Assembly: GCF_964188315.1 (NCBI RefSeq)
Contig: NC_135666.1
Coordinates: forward strand, 23,312,001 to 23,376,000
Source of the DNA: Podarcis muralis
Taxonomy: Eukaryota
Length of the DNA: 64,000 nucleotides
Direction: 5' to 3'
Shown: positions 12,375 through 25,071 of the stretch, piece after piece
Layout: the number at the start of each line of letters is the position of its first letter
Position numbering within the stretch: the first letter of the stretch is position 1
The notes under the pieces: model-generated
The model's input: the letters and a program-made list of their open reading frames with translations, nothing else
What the model was told of the DNA's origin: nothing
Databases searched by the model: none
Program-made: the position numbers and the translations under genes

Positions 12375-14236
12375 TCTTTTTGGAACCAGACTGTGATTTG
12401 CTTGTTTTAAAAACGAGGAGTTACACTTCCCTATGAAGGACAGTCAGATATATAGCTATTATAGATCTGTTAGTTGTCTTGCAGAAACAGCTAGGCCTGC
12501 TCTGACTTACGACTTTGAAGTAGAAATAAGATTTCCCTTGCTCAGTGTGCATTCATTTAATACAAAGAGTTTAGGGCAACAATAGATGTTATAGTCTTCC
12601 CATCCTAGAAGCTATGTTCTGAATTTTACAAAATAAAAGTTTACTTAACATCTGGACATATGTTATCTAAACATGGAAAAACTTTCCAGACAGTATGCCC
12701 AAATTAGATCCTCGAACAGCTGGAGAGAGTGGTTGCATCTGGATGTCTCAAAAGATTTTAGATTGAAGTAAGAACACAGATTTAGCATTTTGGCACACTT
12801 CAGATAGCTTGGATTCTAAAAGGGATCCCAAAGCATGTGAACTGTAATTTTTTTGAATACAGTTCACAGAACTTACTTTGTACACTAATAGTTATTATGG
12901 TATGTTACAGTTCTTAATTTATCACACATGCAGACTACATTCACCCTTTCCTGACTAATCAAGGTGCTTTTGATGTATCACCCTCAGATGCCGCTGTGGT
13001 TCTTGTGGGCAATGGAGACCTGAAAATGTTTACCAGATTGGTTAGTCTGGCCAGGGCTTTTGCACAAATGAAGTTGTCTTAGGCAGAGTTGGGCCACTTG
13101 CAAAGCTATTTCTCAGTCCTGCTACCTTAAGATCCTTTTAATTAAAAGCACACAAAGCATTTGCTTTGCCTCTGAACAAAGCATTCTTCCCTAACGTACC
13201 GAAATTTACCATTATCATATTCAAGACCATTTCCTTAGGATTTAGGAGGGTCCTATCCCTTATAAAAGTACTCTTTCTGATTTGTGGCAACATAGTACAC
13301 AGTAACCATTGTTTTTCATGCAAATTGCGCTTCACCAGATAAGACAAAACCATCGTTCTACACTATGGCACAGAATGGTTCAGCTTTGTCTGGCTCCTCC
13401 CAGTCTTCAAAGCCAGGCACCAAAAACCTTGAAACAATAGAGTCTTCTTCAGTTTCTGTTGACCATCTCTTTAATTGAAGATGTGATTTTGAGCAAGGCC
13501 TGAGAACAAAGGCTTCTCAAAGCTTGCCTCGCTGTGCCTGTCTCCATTGTGTTCAGTTCCAAGCTATCTGTATGCAGTTAGGCAAGCTTTTGTGGCATTC
13601 ATACCTTCTGTGGCATTCGAGTGAGTCTGCTGGGGGGGAAATGTCAGTTGTGTATGTGATGTAAAATGTCACTTTAGTAGTAAGGAGGAAAAGTTGGAGG
13701 TATGCTGAACAGACATAAAGGGATATGAAAAAAGTTTATTCAGAAAAGGGAAATCATTTTTAAGTTTCTTGGGGGGAGGAGTGCTAGATCTCCAAATTGC
13801 ATCTTGGAGTTACAGAGCTGCAGGAATAACTGTTGTTAACAGTACCTCATTCTGTTTTTAAGCACAACAATTGTAAATTGCCCTGCTTATAAAATTGGTT
13901 CTACTGCTATGGATTTGGGAATAAAGGATCTCCTGGGTTAGGAATGTCGACTGGTTTACCATTTTATTTTAAGCATTAATATGCTGCTCAATTATTTGCA
14001 TTCTAAGCTACATGCATAAAAACAATCCATAAACAATTAACATAACACTACTTTAAAATGCCTGCTGCAAGCCTTAGTTACCTGCACTTGAGCAAGGAGG
14101 TTACCTGTCTAATCTCAGCTGGGAGGGAGCTTCATAGACTTGGTCCCACTACTGAAACTATTTTGTTATATCCTGCTCTATTATTGGTTTGCCTCAATGA
14201 ATCTGCTAATTCAAATTTTCTCCTCCCCTCACATAG

Positions 14237-14334
14237 ATCAATGAACTGAGCCATGTTCAGATCCCTGTTATGTTGATGCCAGATGACTTCAAAGCATATT
14301 CCAAGATAAAAGTGGACAATCACCTTTTCAACAA
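14237..14334 (+). CDS. PIP4K2A: PIP4K2A exon 2 ([33 protein letters not shown])
   Basis: acatag|ATC ... ACAA|gtaagt; 98 nt; phase 0 to 2. Confidence 0.97.
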
Positions 14335-17300
14335 GTAAGTGAAGCTGTTAGTTGTTTTTAGTTTGGTTTATAATATGGATTATGTGATTCAGTCATTTGT
14401 AATAAGCTTAGACAGTATAGGCACGACCTACTGCATTTTTTGTCATATGGCATACAGTTTTCTGTAAGTATCTTATGTCGAACTGTGACTACAAACTTAC
14501 TGGAACATCTGCATGTCAAAAAGTGGTATTTGTTAATGCAGGGGTGGCCAACATGGTGCCCTCCAGATGAAGTCGTCTTAACGCACTGCAGAGGGTGACG
14601 GGACTGAAGCGATGGCCCATGGGAACTGCAGCCTCCTTGGCAACAGCGAAGTCAGGAACATAATTACTCTTTCAGTCCTGACATTCTCTGCAGCGCATCA
14701 GGACAACAGAACGGAGGAGGGAGGAAAAGATCCTTTCTTGCTCCTTCACATCCTGCTTAAAGGAAGGGAATTCAAGAGCAGAGGAGGTTTAGGCCCGTTT
14801 GCCTCTAGAGTTTTATAATGCAAGGCTAGCATAGGTCTCTTCTGGAAGTAAATGGGCAACTGGAGCAGTAGCATAATGTGTGTCTGATGAAATGCCATCA
14901 GATGAGGAACTGCACCTTCTGTGAAGAGCAGCCCCCATTACAGTGCAGTACACTAGACTTGTCTCACCAGGCATGAAGGCATGAATGTCTCTTTGCTAGG
15001 TCTGAGTCCTGCAAATGAGGTTGGTGCTCTGTCTGAAGTTGCAGGCTCACCGATGGATCCAGGTTCTGCCCCCAGGCTGAGAACCTGCTTAACCAGGGGA
15101 AGCTGATGCGGTCAGTGGAAATCCTTTCCCTTCCTGCATATCAGGGCCTGCCAACAGCTACTAATGCAGGCTTGCCTGGATTAATCTTCAAGCAGTTTGC
15201 CTGTCACCAGCCATGGTGAGGCACTGGTAAGCACTGGCACCTTAGGACCTTGGTTTCATTAAAGGGGCATGCAAGTCTAGCTAGATGAGCTTAAAGCTAT
15301 CATAACACTCTAGATTTCCATATGAGCTTACCTGCTGGCCCTGCATGATTCCCTGCAGAGGCTGGAATGGGTGTTTTTGAGAGACTAACAGCAAATATCT
15401 CTGGTCTTTTGTGCCCCCAAATAGCAGAAGAATGCACTTTAATTTTGCAGGCGTTCATTAGGTGCACCCTCCTCATTTCCCTCTTATAACCGACAGTACT
15501 AGAAGCTGCCAAAAGAGTTAGTGCAGTAAACAGCATCCTAATCACTTAGACTACGGGTAGCGAACTTGCAACCTTGGCATTATCAGCATCATGCAGTAAC
15601 CAACTGAGCTATCCATGTTGTTAAGCTTCTCTAGCTCTGCACTGTCTGACAGCAGCTCTCCAGATTTTAAAGGAGTTTTTCCTTGTTCCACCAGGAGATA
15701 CCAGTGATTGGATGTGGCACCACTTTTTTTGGGGGGGGGGGGTATGCAGAGCATGTGTTCTGCCACTGATCTATGAATTCCCACCCCCCACTGCCATTGC
15801 AAGTTCAGTTTTTGGCAGCCTTCCTGATGTTTCTGGAATACAACTTCCATGATCCCTGATTATTCGTCATGCTGGCTGGGGCTGATGGGAGTTGGGAGGG
15901 CACTGGATTAGTTGAGCTGGAAAAGGCCTTTTCCGGAGACTTTGGATTGCTTATCTCAATCTAAGTAGACAACATTAGGCTAGATGGACCAAATGTTGGG
16001 CACTGCTGTGCTAGGTTTTTTTAAAAAAAAAAATTGCACAGGCCTCACTTTATCTAGATAGTTGGACCTTCTAGGGAAATTCTTGGGCAAAAGGCAATGG
16101 CAGTGGGGGGTGGGAATTCATAGATCAGTGGCAGAACACATTAAGTTCTTGAGCAAAATATGATGTTCAGTTCAGAGGTTTGTTACAGTTCTGTTTAATG
16201 CATTTTTATGTAAATCTACAGTGTTCTGTATTATAGTAACTGTTGCTGTTTTGGAAGGTACTTGGTCTTGTAGGGGAGAAAGCTTACTTCTGCAGATTTA
16301 TCTTTATAAATTCTTAGCAAGTTTTTCCCCCCTTTCAAATCTTCTGTTTCAGAGAAAATATGCCAAGCCATTTCAAATTCAAAGAATATTGTCCAATGGT
16401 TTTTCGTAATCTGCGAGAGAGATTTGCAATTGATGATCAGGATTTTCAGGTAGGCTTTCTACCTTGATAAACAATATTGATGATTTCCAGCTTTACAGGC
16501 TGTAAGCAGGAGGGGGAAAGTCTAGACGAAGACCTGATTTGGGATCATTATTTGGTGGTAATTAAGTGCCCCTATTTAATGAACGTGCTCTATTATTGCC
16601 TGTGGTTGGGACTGCCTGATCCACACTTGATACTTCTACATTTAAATTGTGTTGCAGCTGCTGTTCCTCCATCAGACCTCTTGCTCATCTTCCCTCCATG
16701 CCTGTGGTGATCAGCAGGCCTGACTTTGCCCCACGGCAGGAGGGATAACCTTAGGCAACAGCTGATGGAGGAATGAGGATGAAGACCTGAAGAGCAATAT
16801 CTACAGTTTCTGTGCCTTGGTGTGTAACCTTAGCAAAACTTTATTAGAGAGATATAAGGAAAGTCCTAACAACACAGTTTTATCATCGGAAGTAGGTACA
16901 CGGTGTTCATATCATCAGAATTTTTTGTTCCACAAGCTTGTTTAGTGTGGGCTTCCTCAGAAGTATTCTAAAATCCTAAGTGGGTAACAAATGCTCCTTG
17001 CCTCATTGTGGAAATGATCTACCTTGCTGACATATTTTACACTTTCAATTTGTTTAACTTTCCTTCCATTTGTTTCCTCTCTGTCATTTAATATGGTCCG
17101 TGAACAAATACCTGCAGTGATAAAGACACTGAGAGCTAGTAAAATAAAAATGTATTTAGCTAAATTACAAGGTTAAGCTAAAAAAAACCCAAAACACTAA
17201 TGTTTAATAAGTGTGATGAAGCAATAAGCTCCTATATGGATACAATAAGCTCCTATATGGATCTGCTTGATTGCCAAGGTCATCTTCAGAGAACCCTCTC

Positions 17301-20300
17301 AGGGTGCCCACTTTCTGGGGTGAAGGGGGTAGCAACAAGATGAAGGAAGGAGCCACTTCTGACGTCTTGCCCCTGGAACCTCCCTCCCTCCCTCGGAACA
17401 TCTGCCAGGCTCCCTCTTTATTTTTAGAGGACCATGGAAAACACTTTCCCCCTTAACATTCAAGAGGGTGTGGTCCTTACTGCTGTTTATGCTACTGTGT
17501 CATATCCGTTGGTTACTTGTGGGTGGTTGTTTTTTTACTGATAAGTCTTATGCTGTTAGATTGAGAAATCCTTGTGGCTGAGAGGCAGGATACAAATGTG
17601 TGGAGAAGGGGTGGCCATTTTGTGAGCTTTTGCCTGGGAGAGTTCCAAATCATATATCAGCAGCAAAACTTGTCAAGGTATTGGTAGAATGACTCCCAAA
17701 GGCAGTGTGTCTAGACTCAGCAACACATTATGAGAGAAGGCAGTAGCTGAGGAGTCTTTTCTCATGGTGGCAAGCAGGTGATTTTGGGGAGCATAAGTGG
17801 GGGATCACTGGGTTACTTGAATCCTTTAACACTGACCAACTGCTGATATTACGGTAAGGAACTTAACTATCACGTCCGCCATCAGTGATCCTGATGAGTC
17901 ATCCTTGAAATAACGAAGGGGGTTGATATTTGATGTTTCTCCAATTGCCTGAGAGGTTGGGGTTTTAATTTAAAGTATTGCAAAAAGGGCCTTCAAGCTA
18001 AATTTGCCCCGAGGCAACTTGCAAGTGACGTAGACCGAAGGGGGTGGGAATCATGTTTTTAAATATTCTAAATAATCAATGTACATTTTGTCTTAAGAGC
18101 TAAGCAATAAGATGTTCCTACACCTTTTCCAACCAGTAGTTCATTACTAGCCCCTCCTGGTTCTATGCAATTGGCATTGCTTTTACAGTGGTACCTCTGG
18201 TTACGAACTTAATTCGTTCCAGAGGTCCATTCTTAACCTGAAACTGTTTTTAACCTGAGGTACCACTTTAGCTAATGAGGCCTCCCGCTGCCGCTGCTCC
18301 GCCACTGCACGATTTCTGTTCTCATCCTGAGGTAAAGTTCTTAACCCGAGGTACTACTTCCAGGTTGGTGGAGTCTGTAACCTGAAGTGTTTGTAACCCG
18401 AGGTACCACTGTATTAATAAGTAATGGCTGTTCCCCTCCTTTGTTGCAAGTTTGCAGTATTAGGAATTTCTGGTTCCAAGTAACATTCAGAGAGGCATTC
18501 TCCTCAATAGGGGAAATAACGTTTCATCTGAAAACACCAAGCTAAAATTTTAACAGCTGTAACTTAAATAGAAGCCTTTTCGTCTTGAGAAATGTGTTAT
18601 TCAGCCAGAAGGGAAACACAAGCACATGCTTGCAACTTCTGCTTTGCACCTCCCCCCCCCCCTCGCCGCTTCTGAAATTACCACTTCCTTCTGTTTCACA
18701 TTCAGCTGAAGTGCTCTGATAACCACTGCCATTCTGACACACAATATAGTATGGCTATGGTAGCATTGGAGATTGAAAAAGGGAGTGCTTGCAAAGGCGC
18801 ATGCAAGTCAACTTGCTCCATTCTTCCTTTTTGAAGCACTGAATGTTAACTTTTTCTACATATTAAAATATTTTGAGGTGGGGGGGAGAAGCTGGATTTG
18901 TTTCTAGCCCAACAATGTGCACAGATGGCTTCTGTTAAAGCAGCAGAGATGGTTTACAGAGATAGGAAGTAAGATTGTCTGTCTAACCAGGATATAGGCA
19001 GCTTCTTTTAACCAGAGCCAGGCTATTTGTCCAGCATTGGCCACTCTAACTGGTCCATAGAAAGCCAGACCATTGGTCCATCTTGGTTAGTGTTTCCTTC
19101 AACCTTTTCTGACTCTGGCCCAACTTCTAACCCAAACATGCAATTGGTGACCCATTTCTCAATCTTTTACCATATATTTGCATGGTGTGGTGCTCGTGTT
19201 GCATTGCAACCCACCTCAGATTCAGGCCGTAACCCACTTGTGGGTCCTAACCCACTAGCTGAAACTAGTGGTCCATGTTGACTAGCAGTGACTCTCCAGT
19301 GTTTAAGCCACAAGGGACATTTCCAGCCCCATACAAAGATAAGTGTTTAAACCTATATATCACTTCTCGGCCTTTAAGCTAAGATCAAGTGTAGCGTGTA
19401 GTTTAACCTGTGACCTCCTTCTACATGTAAGGCTGATGGTCATACAACAGAGCTTTGGTGGCAAATGGATTCTCTCTAGACCCATTATTTTATAGTACAG
19501 TAACTCTAATTTCAATTACTTGAAAAATATGGCTTGCAAATGCCAACCAGAATTCATTCTCAGCTATTATCGCTGTTATCGCTGAGCAGTGTGCAAGATG
19601 AACATGGGTAAAATGGCACACTTCCTGGTTTGTTTAATAGGGCATGTCGGTGTAATTAAAACAACTGTTCTCCCCAAATGTCTTTGCTTGGAATCTGCAG
19701 TAGATGTCCTTGATAAATTGTTCCAGAGGCTAGACATAATGTGTTTGTAACATGAACTTTTCAGAATTAGGACTGCGTGTAAGTCTATTGCACTCAGATC
19801 TGAAATCCATTTTATAGAATGCTTGCAAGCACTGAAGTTTCGGAATCGCCTCCTGCACTTAAAGAAATGAATTGGTGTCTTATTTCCTAACCAGCAGTTC
19901 AAATTGTGTGAATTGTTGTGCTTAATCTCTGTATAAGAACAGGGGCATCTGGCTCCAGTTACTCTAAATAGTTTAAGCCCAAATTCACAAATGTCCCAAA
20001 CTCACTCTCTCGTTTGAAATCAAGACGTTCTGGTCTCAGTGGTGTTTCTTCCAAGTCAGCATGCTTAGAATTGCTTCCTGAATAGTTTTTGAAGGTGCTG
20101 CAAAATGTTTGTTTATTGAAAAGTTTATATAACTGGAGAGGGCTAAATGGTCTTGATTTTTAGAATGTGCTTGTTAATGTTCTTCACTCCAGTGAGAGAC
20201 CTAATCAATAGCTGTCAGACCACTGCCATAAAAGTAGGACAGTCATTAGCAGATGACTTTGACCTTTATCAGGCAAAAGGCTTACTGGGTTTAATCAGTT

Positions 20301-23300
20301 TGCTCACAAAGAAATAGCAAAACATCTGTTTGTTTTTTAAAAATCAGCTGCTTCACAAACCATATTGTGAGTTTCCTGTCTCAATTAAGATACCAGCAAA
20401 GGTTTCTCAGGGTATAAGAGGGTGAACGGCGGTTCTATTATTTTCATCTAGGGACCATATTTTTATCTCTTAAAATCAAGAGTTCACTTATATACTTGAA
20501 ATAGTTTTGCACTCTCAGTGAACTTGTTCAGGGAGCAGAAATCTAAGATGGCCGCCTTCTCCCCACATACTTGTAAGAGAAATGGAACAAACTGCTGATC
20601 TCTACCTTAATACTACCTTTGTGAAATCAGATACTCATATGATGTCCAGCATTTTTCATATTCCAAATACAGTGGTACCTCGCATTACAAACACCTCAGG
20701 TTACAAACACTTCGGGTTATAGACTCCACTAACCCAGAAGTAGTACCTCGAGTTAAGAACTTTACCTCAGGATGTGAACAGAAATCGTGAGCTGGCAGCA
20801 GCAGTGGCCCCATTAGCTAAAGTGGTACCTCAGATTAAGAACGGTTTCTGGTTAAGAACAGACCTCTGGAACGAATTAAGTTCATAACCAGAGGTACCAC
20901 TGTATGCAAGGCCATTTCTTCAGAGTTGTTGATTTTCTATTTGAGAGTAGAGATCTCCCATTTTAGTAGCAAACTTCCTGAGATGTTGTCCATTGGGCTC
21001 TTAGTGTCTTTGATTAGAAAAGGCACTATGTGGGCTTTTAACAATTTTATTACAAAATTCCCATTGATGCCTTGCCATCCATGACATCTTCCATCCATTG
21101 TGTAGACTGGGATAGTACTCACCAGCATCTCTGCTCTAGAGAACACCAAGCTCTGGTCTCCCTTCTGATGATAAACCCACAGTTCTATGATTCATGTTTT
21201 GTGCTCGTAGTTTTCCTTGATAATCATATTTTCAGAGAGAAAGGTAGCAGCCCTTTGCGTTATGGAAAACTTGTTTTAAGATTCCCTTTTGAGGACTTTT
21301 GTGCACTGAAGTTATTTAAAAGGGCCATTGTAAAGATGGCAATGTAAGATCAGAGCATCTACCAATAATATTATCCCAGATTTTACCCTGATGCGTCTCA
21401 CCTCTTGTCAGATACAAGTCAAACCAGCAGTTATTTGTAATTTAAAGACAGAATGATGCATCTGTCATTTCTACTTAATCCTAACCTTTCTAAAAAGTTT
21501 CTTTTTAAAAAAATATATCCAGTTTTATCATCCATTTCTTCACCTCTGAAGAAAAAGATTTCCTCTACTACATTTTTGTCTAACTCCCTTTTTTAGGATC
21601 ACTTTTGACATACTCTGTATGTAGATTAAATATATTGCGCGATTGCATAAATAATCTTTAGTCTTGTGAAAAGAGCAATTATAATTTAATGATATTAATA
21701 TGCCAACGAGAGTATAAAATATTGGAGATTAGAGTGGGCTAATTAAATTGACCTTTAAATCCTTCCTACCCTCTTGGAGTCCATTGCTAATCCCTAAACT
21801 CCCATAGTGCAGATAAACTTCAAAGGGAAATGAGGTGGCTTTTCCTCTGTCCCGACAGCTGCTCTGCTGCTTGAAATTTTCATTGAGAAATGTTAAGATA
21901 GCACATGTCACAGGACGGAAGGCATCTTATAATGCCTCTCTGAGTAACCAGCTTGTGCAGGGAAACGCTAAGACTTTCTACCAGCTGTGGGGCTTACGTA
22001 GTAAAGGATTCTCCCTGCTCCCCCCGCCGCTCCCTCCCCACACTATAGGAAAATCACTAATGTCAGAACTTCAGTTTTTGCTCAGCTCCCAAGCTATAAT
22101 TCCATCCTGCTTCTTGAGTTTGCTCTTTGCTAGAAATGTGGTTGCTTTCTTCATACGCTTTTCTTCTCTTTTGCATAAAGGTAAAGGGACCCCTGACTAT
22201 TGGGTCCAGTCGTGGCCAACTCTGGGGTTGCGGCGCTCTTCTCGCTTTATTGGCCGAGGGAGCTGGTGTACAGCTTTCGGGTCATGTGGCCAGCATGACT
22301 AAGCCGCTTCTGGCGAACCAGAGCAGCGCACGGAAACGCCGTTTACCTTCCCGCCGGAGCGGTACCTATTTATCTACTTGCACTTTGACGTGCTTTCAAA
22401 CTGCTAGGTTGGCAGGAGCAGGGACCGAGCAGCGGGAGCTCACCCCGCCGCGGGGATTCGAACCGCCGACTTTCTGATTGGCAAGTCCTAGGCTCTGTGG
22501 TTTAACCCACAGCGCCACCTGCGTCCCTTTCTCTTTTGCATACCTCATGCCAAATCTTAACTCACCCAGCTTGCCTTCTCTGCCTCTGTTACTGTTGTTT
22601 CACTGCCCTCCTACCCTGGTGGTGATGATTGGCTAGCTGAATTATCTAGAGCAGTTGGTGGGAACATTTTCCAGGTTGAGCTCCACATTCCCTTCTGGAT
22701 AACCTTCTGAGAGCCAGCCGCATGCCAATAGCAGCCAGAGCCAAAAGTAGGCTGTGTGGCAAATCTGAATTTTACCTTTATACAATAGGCTAGTTTCTGC
22801 ACAGGTTCACACACCTCTCTATCCTCCGAACAAACGAGGCATTATCAGAGTTCAAAAGCTCTCTTCAGCCTGGCAAGAATCTTAGGGTGCAGATTAGGGC
22901 CATTGAGGGATGTGGAGGGCCGTTGAAGGACTGTATGTGGCCTCCGGGCCTCAGTTTCACCATCCCTAATCTAGACCCATTTTAATCTGGCTTCAGGCCT
23001 GGGTATGGCACTGAAACAGCCTTGGTTGTCCTGATTGATCACCTGTATTGGGAGAGAGATGTAGGGAATGCTTTCCCATTGATTATTCGTAAGTAGCATT
23101 GCAGGGCTTCTGCATGGCCTCATGGCAGTTCTTTAGGGCCCTGCTAGGTTCCACCTTGTCTCTAAATCACTGCTGAGGAGTCATCTGGGAATTCAGACTG
23201 CAGTGCCACCCATATGCAGGTGGTTCCAAGTGCACACTTTACTCAGTCTGAATCATGGGAAATTGTGCAATGGAATGGATGAGGGCTGAATCCGAATCTT

Positions 23301-25021
23301 GATAAGGCAGGTGTTGCAGGTAAGTAGTTCCTGAGTGCGCGAATTGAGTAGACAATATGTTCTGGATGGGGTAGGACTCCACATGAAGGAACAGGAGACA
23401 TTCCTCTATTTCAAATGGTTGCCTGAAATCCAAGTAGCCTCAGTAACTGCATTCTCATGCCCACCTCTACCTGGTTTGCCAACTATTGATGTTCCTGGTC
23501 TGGGATTACCTGACATCAGTGATTCATGATCCGATAATTTCCTGGAGGACTATGTCACTCTACTACATCTTGCATCATCATCATTGTTGTTGTTATATTG
23601 AATTTGTTAGTCACTTTATCTTGCTTGGGGCAACCCACAGTGCCATACAACCAACCAAACTGTCATTATATATGGGATGAAATGGGGTTTTATGTCATCA
23701 ATCCTTAAAGCACTACACTGCTGATAAGTGATATTGAGCCCAATTCAAGGTGTTGGTATTAGCTTGCAAAGCCCTAAGTGTCTTCGGATCCAGTATCTAA
23801 AAGAGCACCTTGCAATTTTTACTGGCCTTGCAATTGGCATGGGAAAACCTGCTCCTGGTCACCCTGTAAGACATGGCCCATGGGATGGTGGCCCGGAGCT
23901 GGGCCTTTTCTGTGGCAGTGCCCCAGTTCTTCGTTTTCCCCTCCGTTGTTTGGGCCTTTAACACTAAGGACATAGAATTGAACAGAACAATTGCCATCGC
24001 CTGCCGCACTAACCTTTCTGCTATATTGATTTTAAGACCATAATTTGGCCTGGACTCTTAAGAGAGGAAGAGCCAGATACATGAATATTACTAAATAATA
24101 ATAATGATGAAAAACAAATAAAGATTGTTGTGGGTTTGTTTGTTTTTTTTAAAAAACAACCAGTTGGAAAGAAGCTGTAAATTTCTTTGGGAAAAAATAA
24201 GCTGGGCCTTTTTGGCTTCATCAGGCATATAATGCATTGGATCTAACAAGTGCCTGTACAGCCTCTGGCATGGGACATCTGTTTTGGTTTGTTTGAAGTT
24301 GTAAGTGTTAAAGGTCAGTTTAAATTTCATGACCTTCAGCAAATGCTTTTGCTCGACTGTTCTCAGTGCACATGGAAAATCTTTTTATTGACTTCTGCAA
24401 ATACATCGTGACATTTTCAAGCAAAGGTTGCTAAGAAGGTTGCAGCCATTGGATAGATATAGTCGTGGGTTTGAAATAAGCTGGCATGTCTCTCAGCTAC
24501 ATTCAATATCTGCAAATAGTCCCTATTACGAGGGGGCAGGGTAGGTCTTGTCCCCTTACCTTTTATGATGGCCCCACTACTTAATGAGTTAGTGCTAGAG
24601 ATGGGTGCCAGGAGAAGGTGAGGAATACTCACATGGCTTCAGCGAAATTAACTCTTTATTCAAAAAGGCCAGGCAACTCTTCCCAGTAGAACTTGCCCTT
24701 GTGAGGCAGTTGTGGAGGACTGAAGGTCCTCGTCTTCCCATAGCTCCCTATGTCTCCTCCCCTGGTTCCTTCTTAAGCAATCTGAAGCTCTGTCATCTTG
24801 CCTGCCTTTGCTCCACCCTTTTCAAACCTCTTTGGGCCCTGGGAGACCAGGTGGGAGGGGAGCTGGTTGCAGCAGGAGGGGGAGACTCCCTGGTTTCTTC
24901 AGCAGTGTGCTTCATCCCTGTCTCGTGCCCCCCTCCTCTCTAGCTTCTGCTTCTGCCCCTGATTCTGCACTGCTCACTGCCACAGTCTCTTCCTACTCAC
25001 TAAATTACCTCTTCTGCTTCT

Positions 25022-25071
<50 letters not shown>

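Noticed and set aside
17050-17458. LTR-like segment (minus strand begins TGTTAAGGGG)
   Set aside because: No matching left terminus with a TSD could be found
23239-23433. Minus ORF loosely resembling L2, with CAG|GTAAGT at 23317 on the + strand
   Set aside because: Similarity is too weak and no good upstream acceptor was found
24549-25025. LTR-like segment with TGTC...GACA ends and minus-strand AATAAA
   Set aside because: No TSD; the right end is obscured by the (AC)n tract
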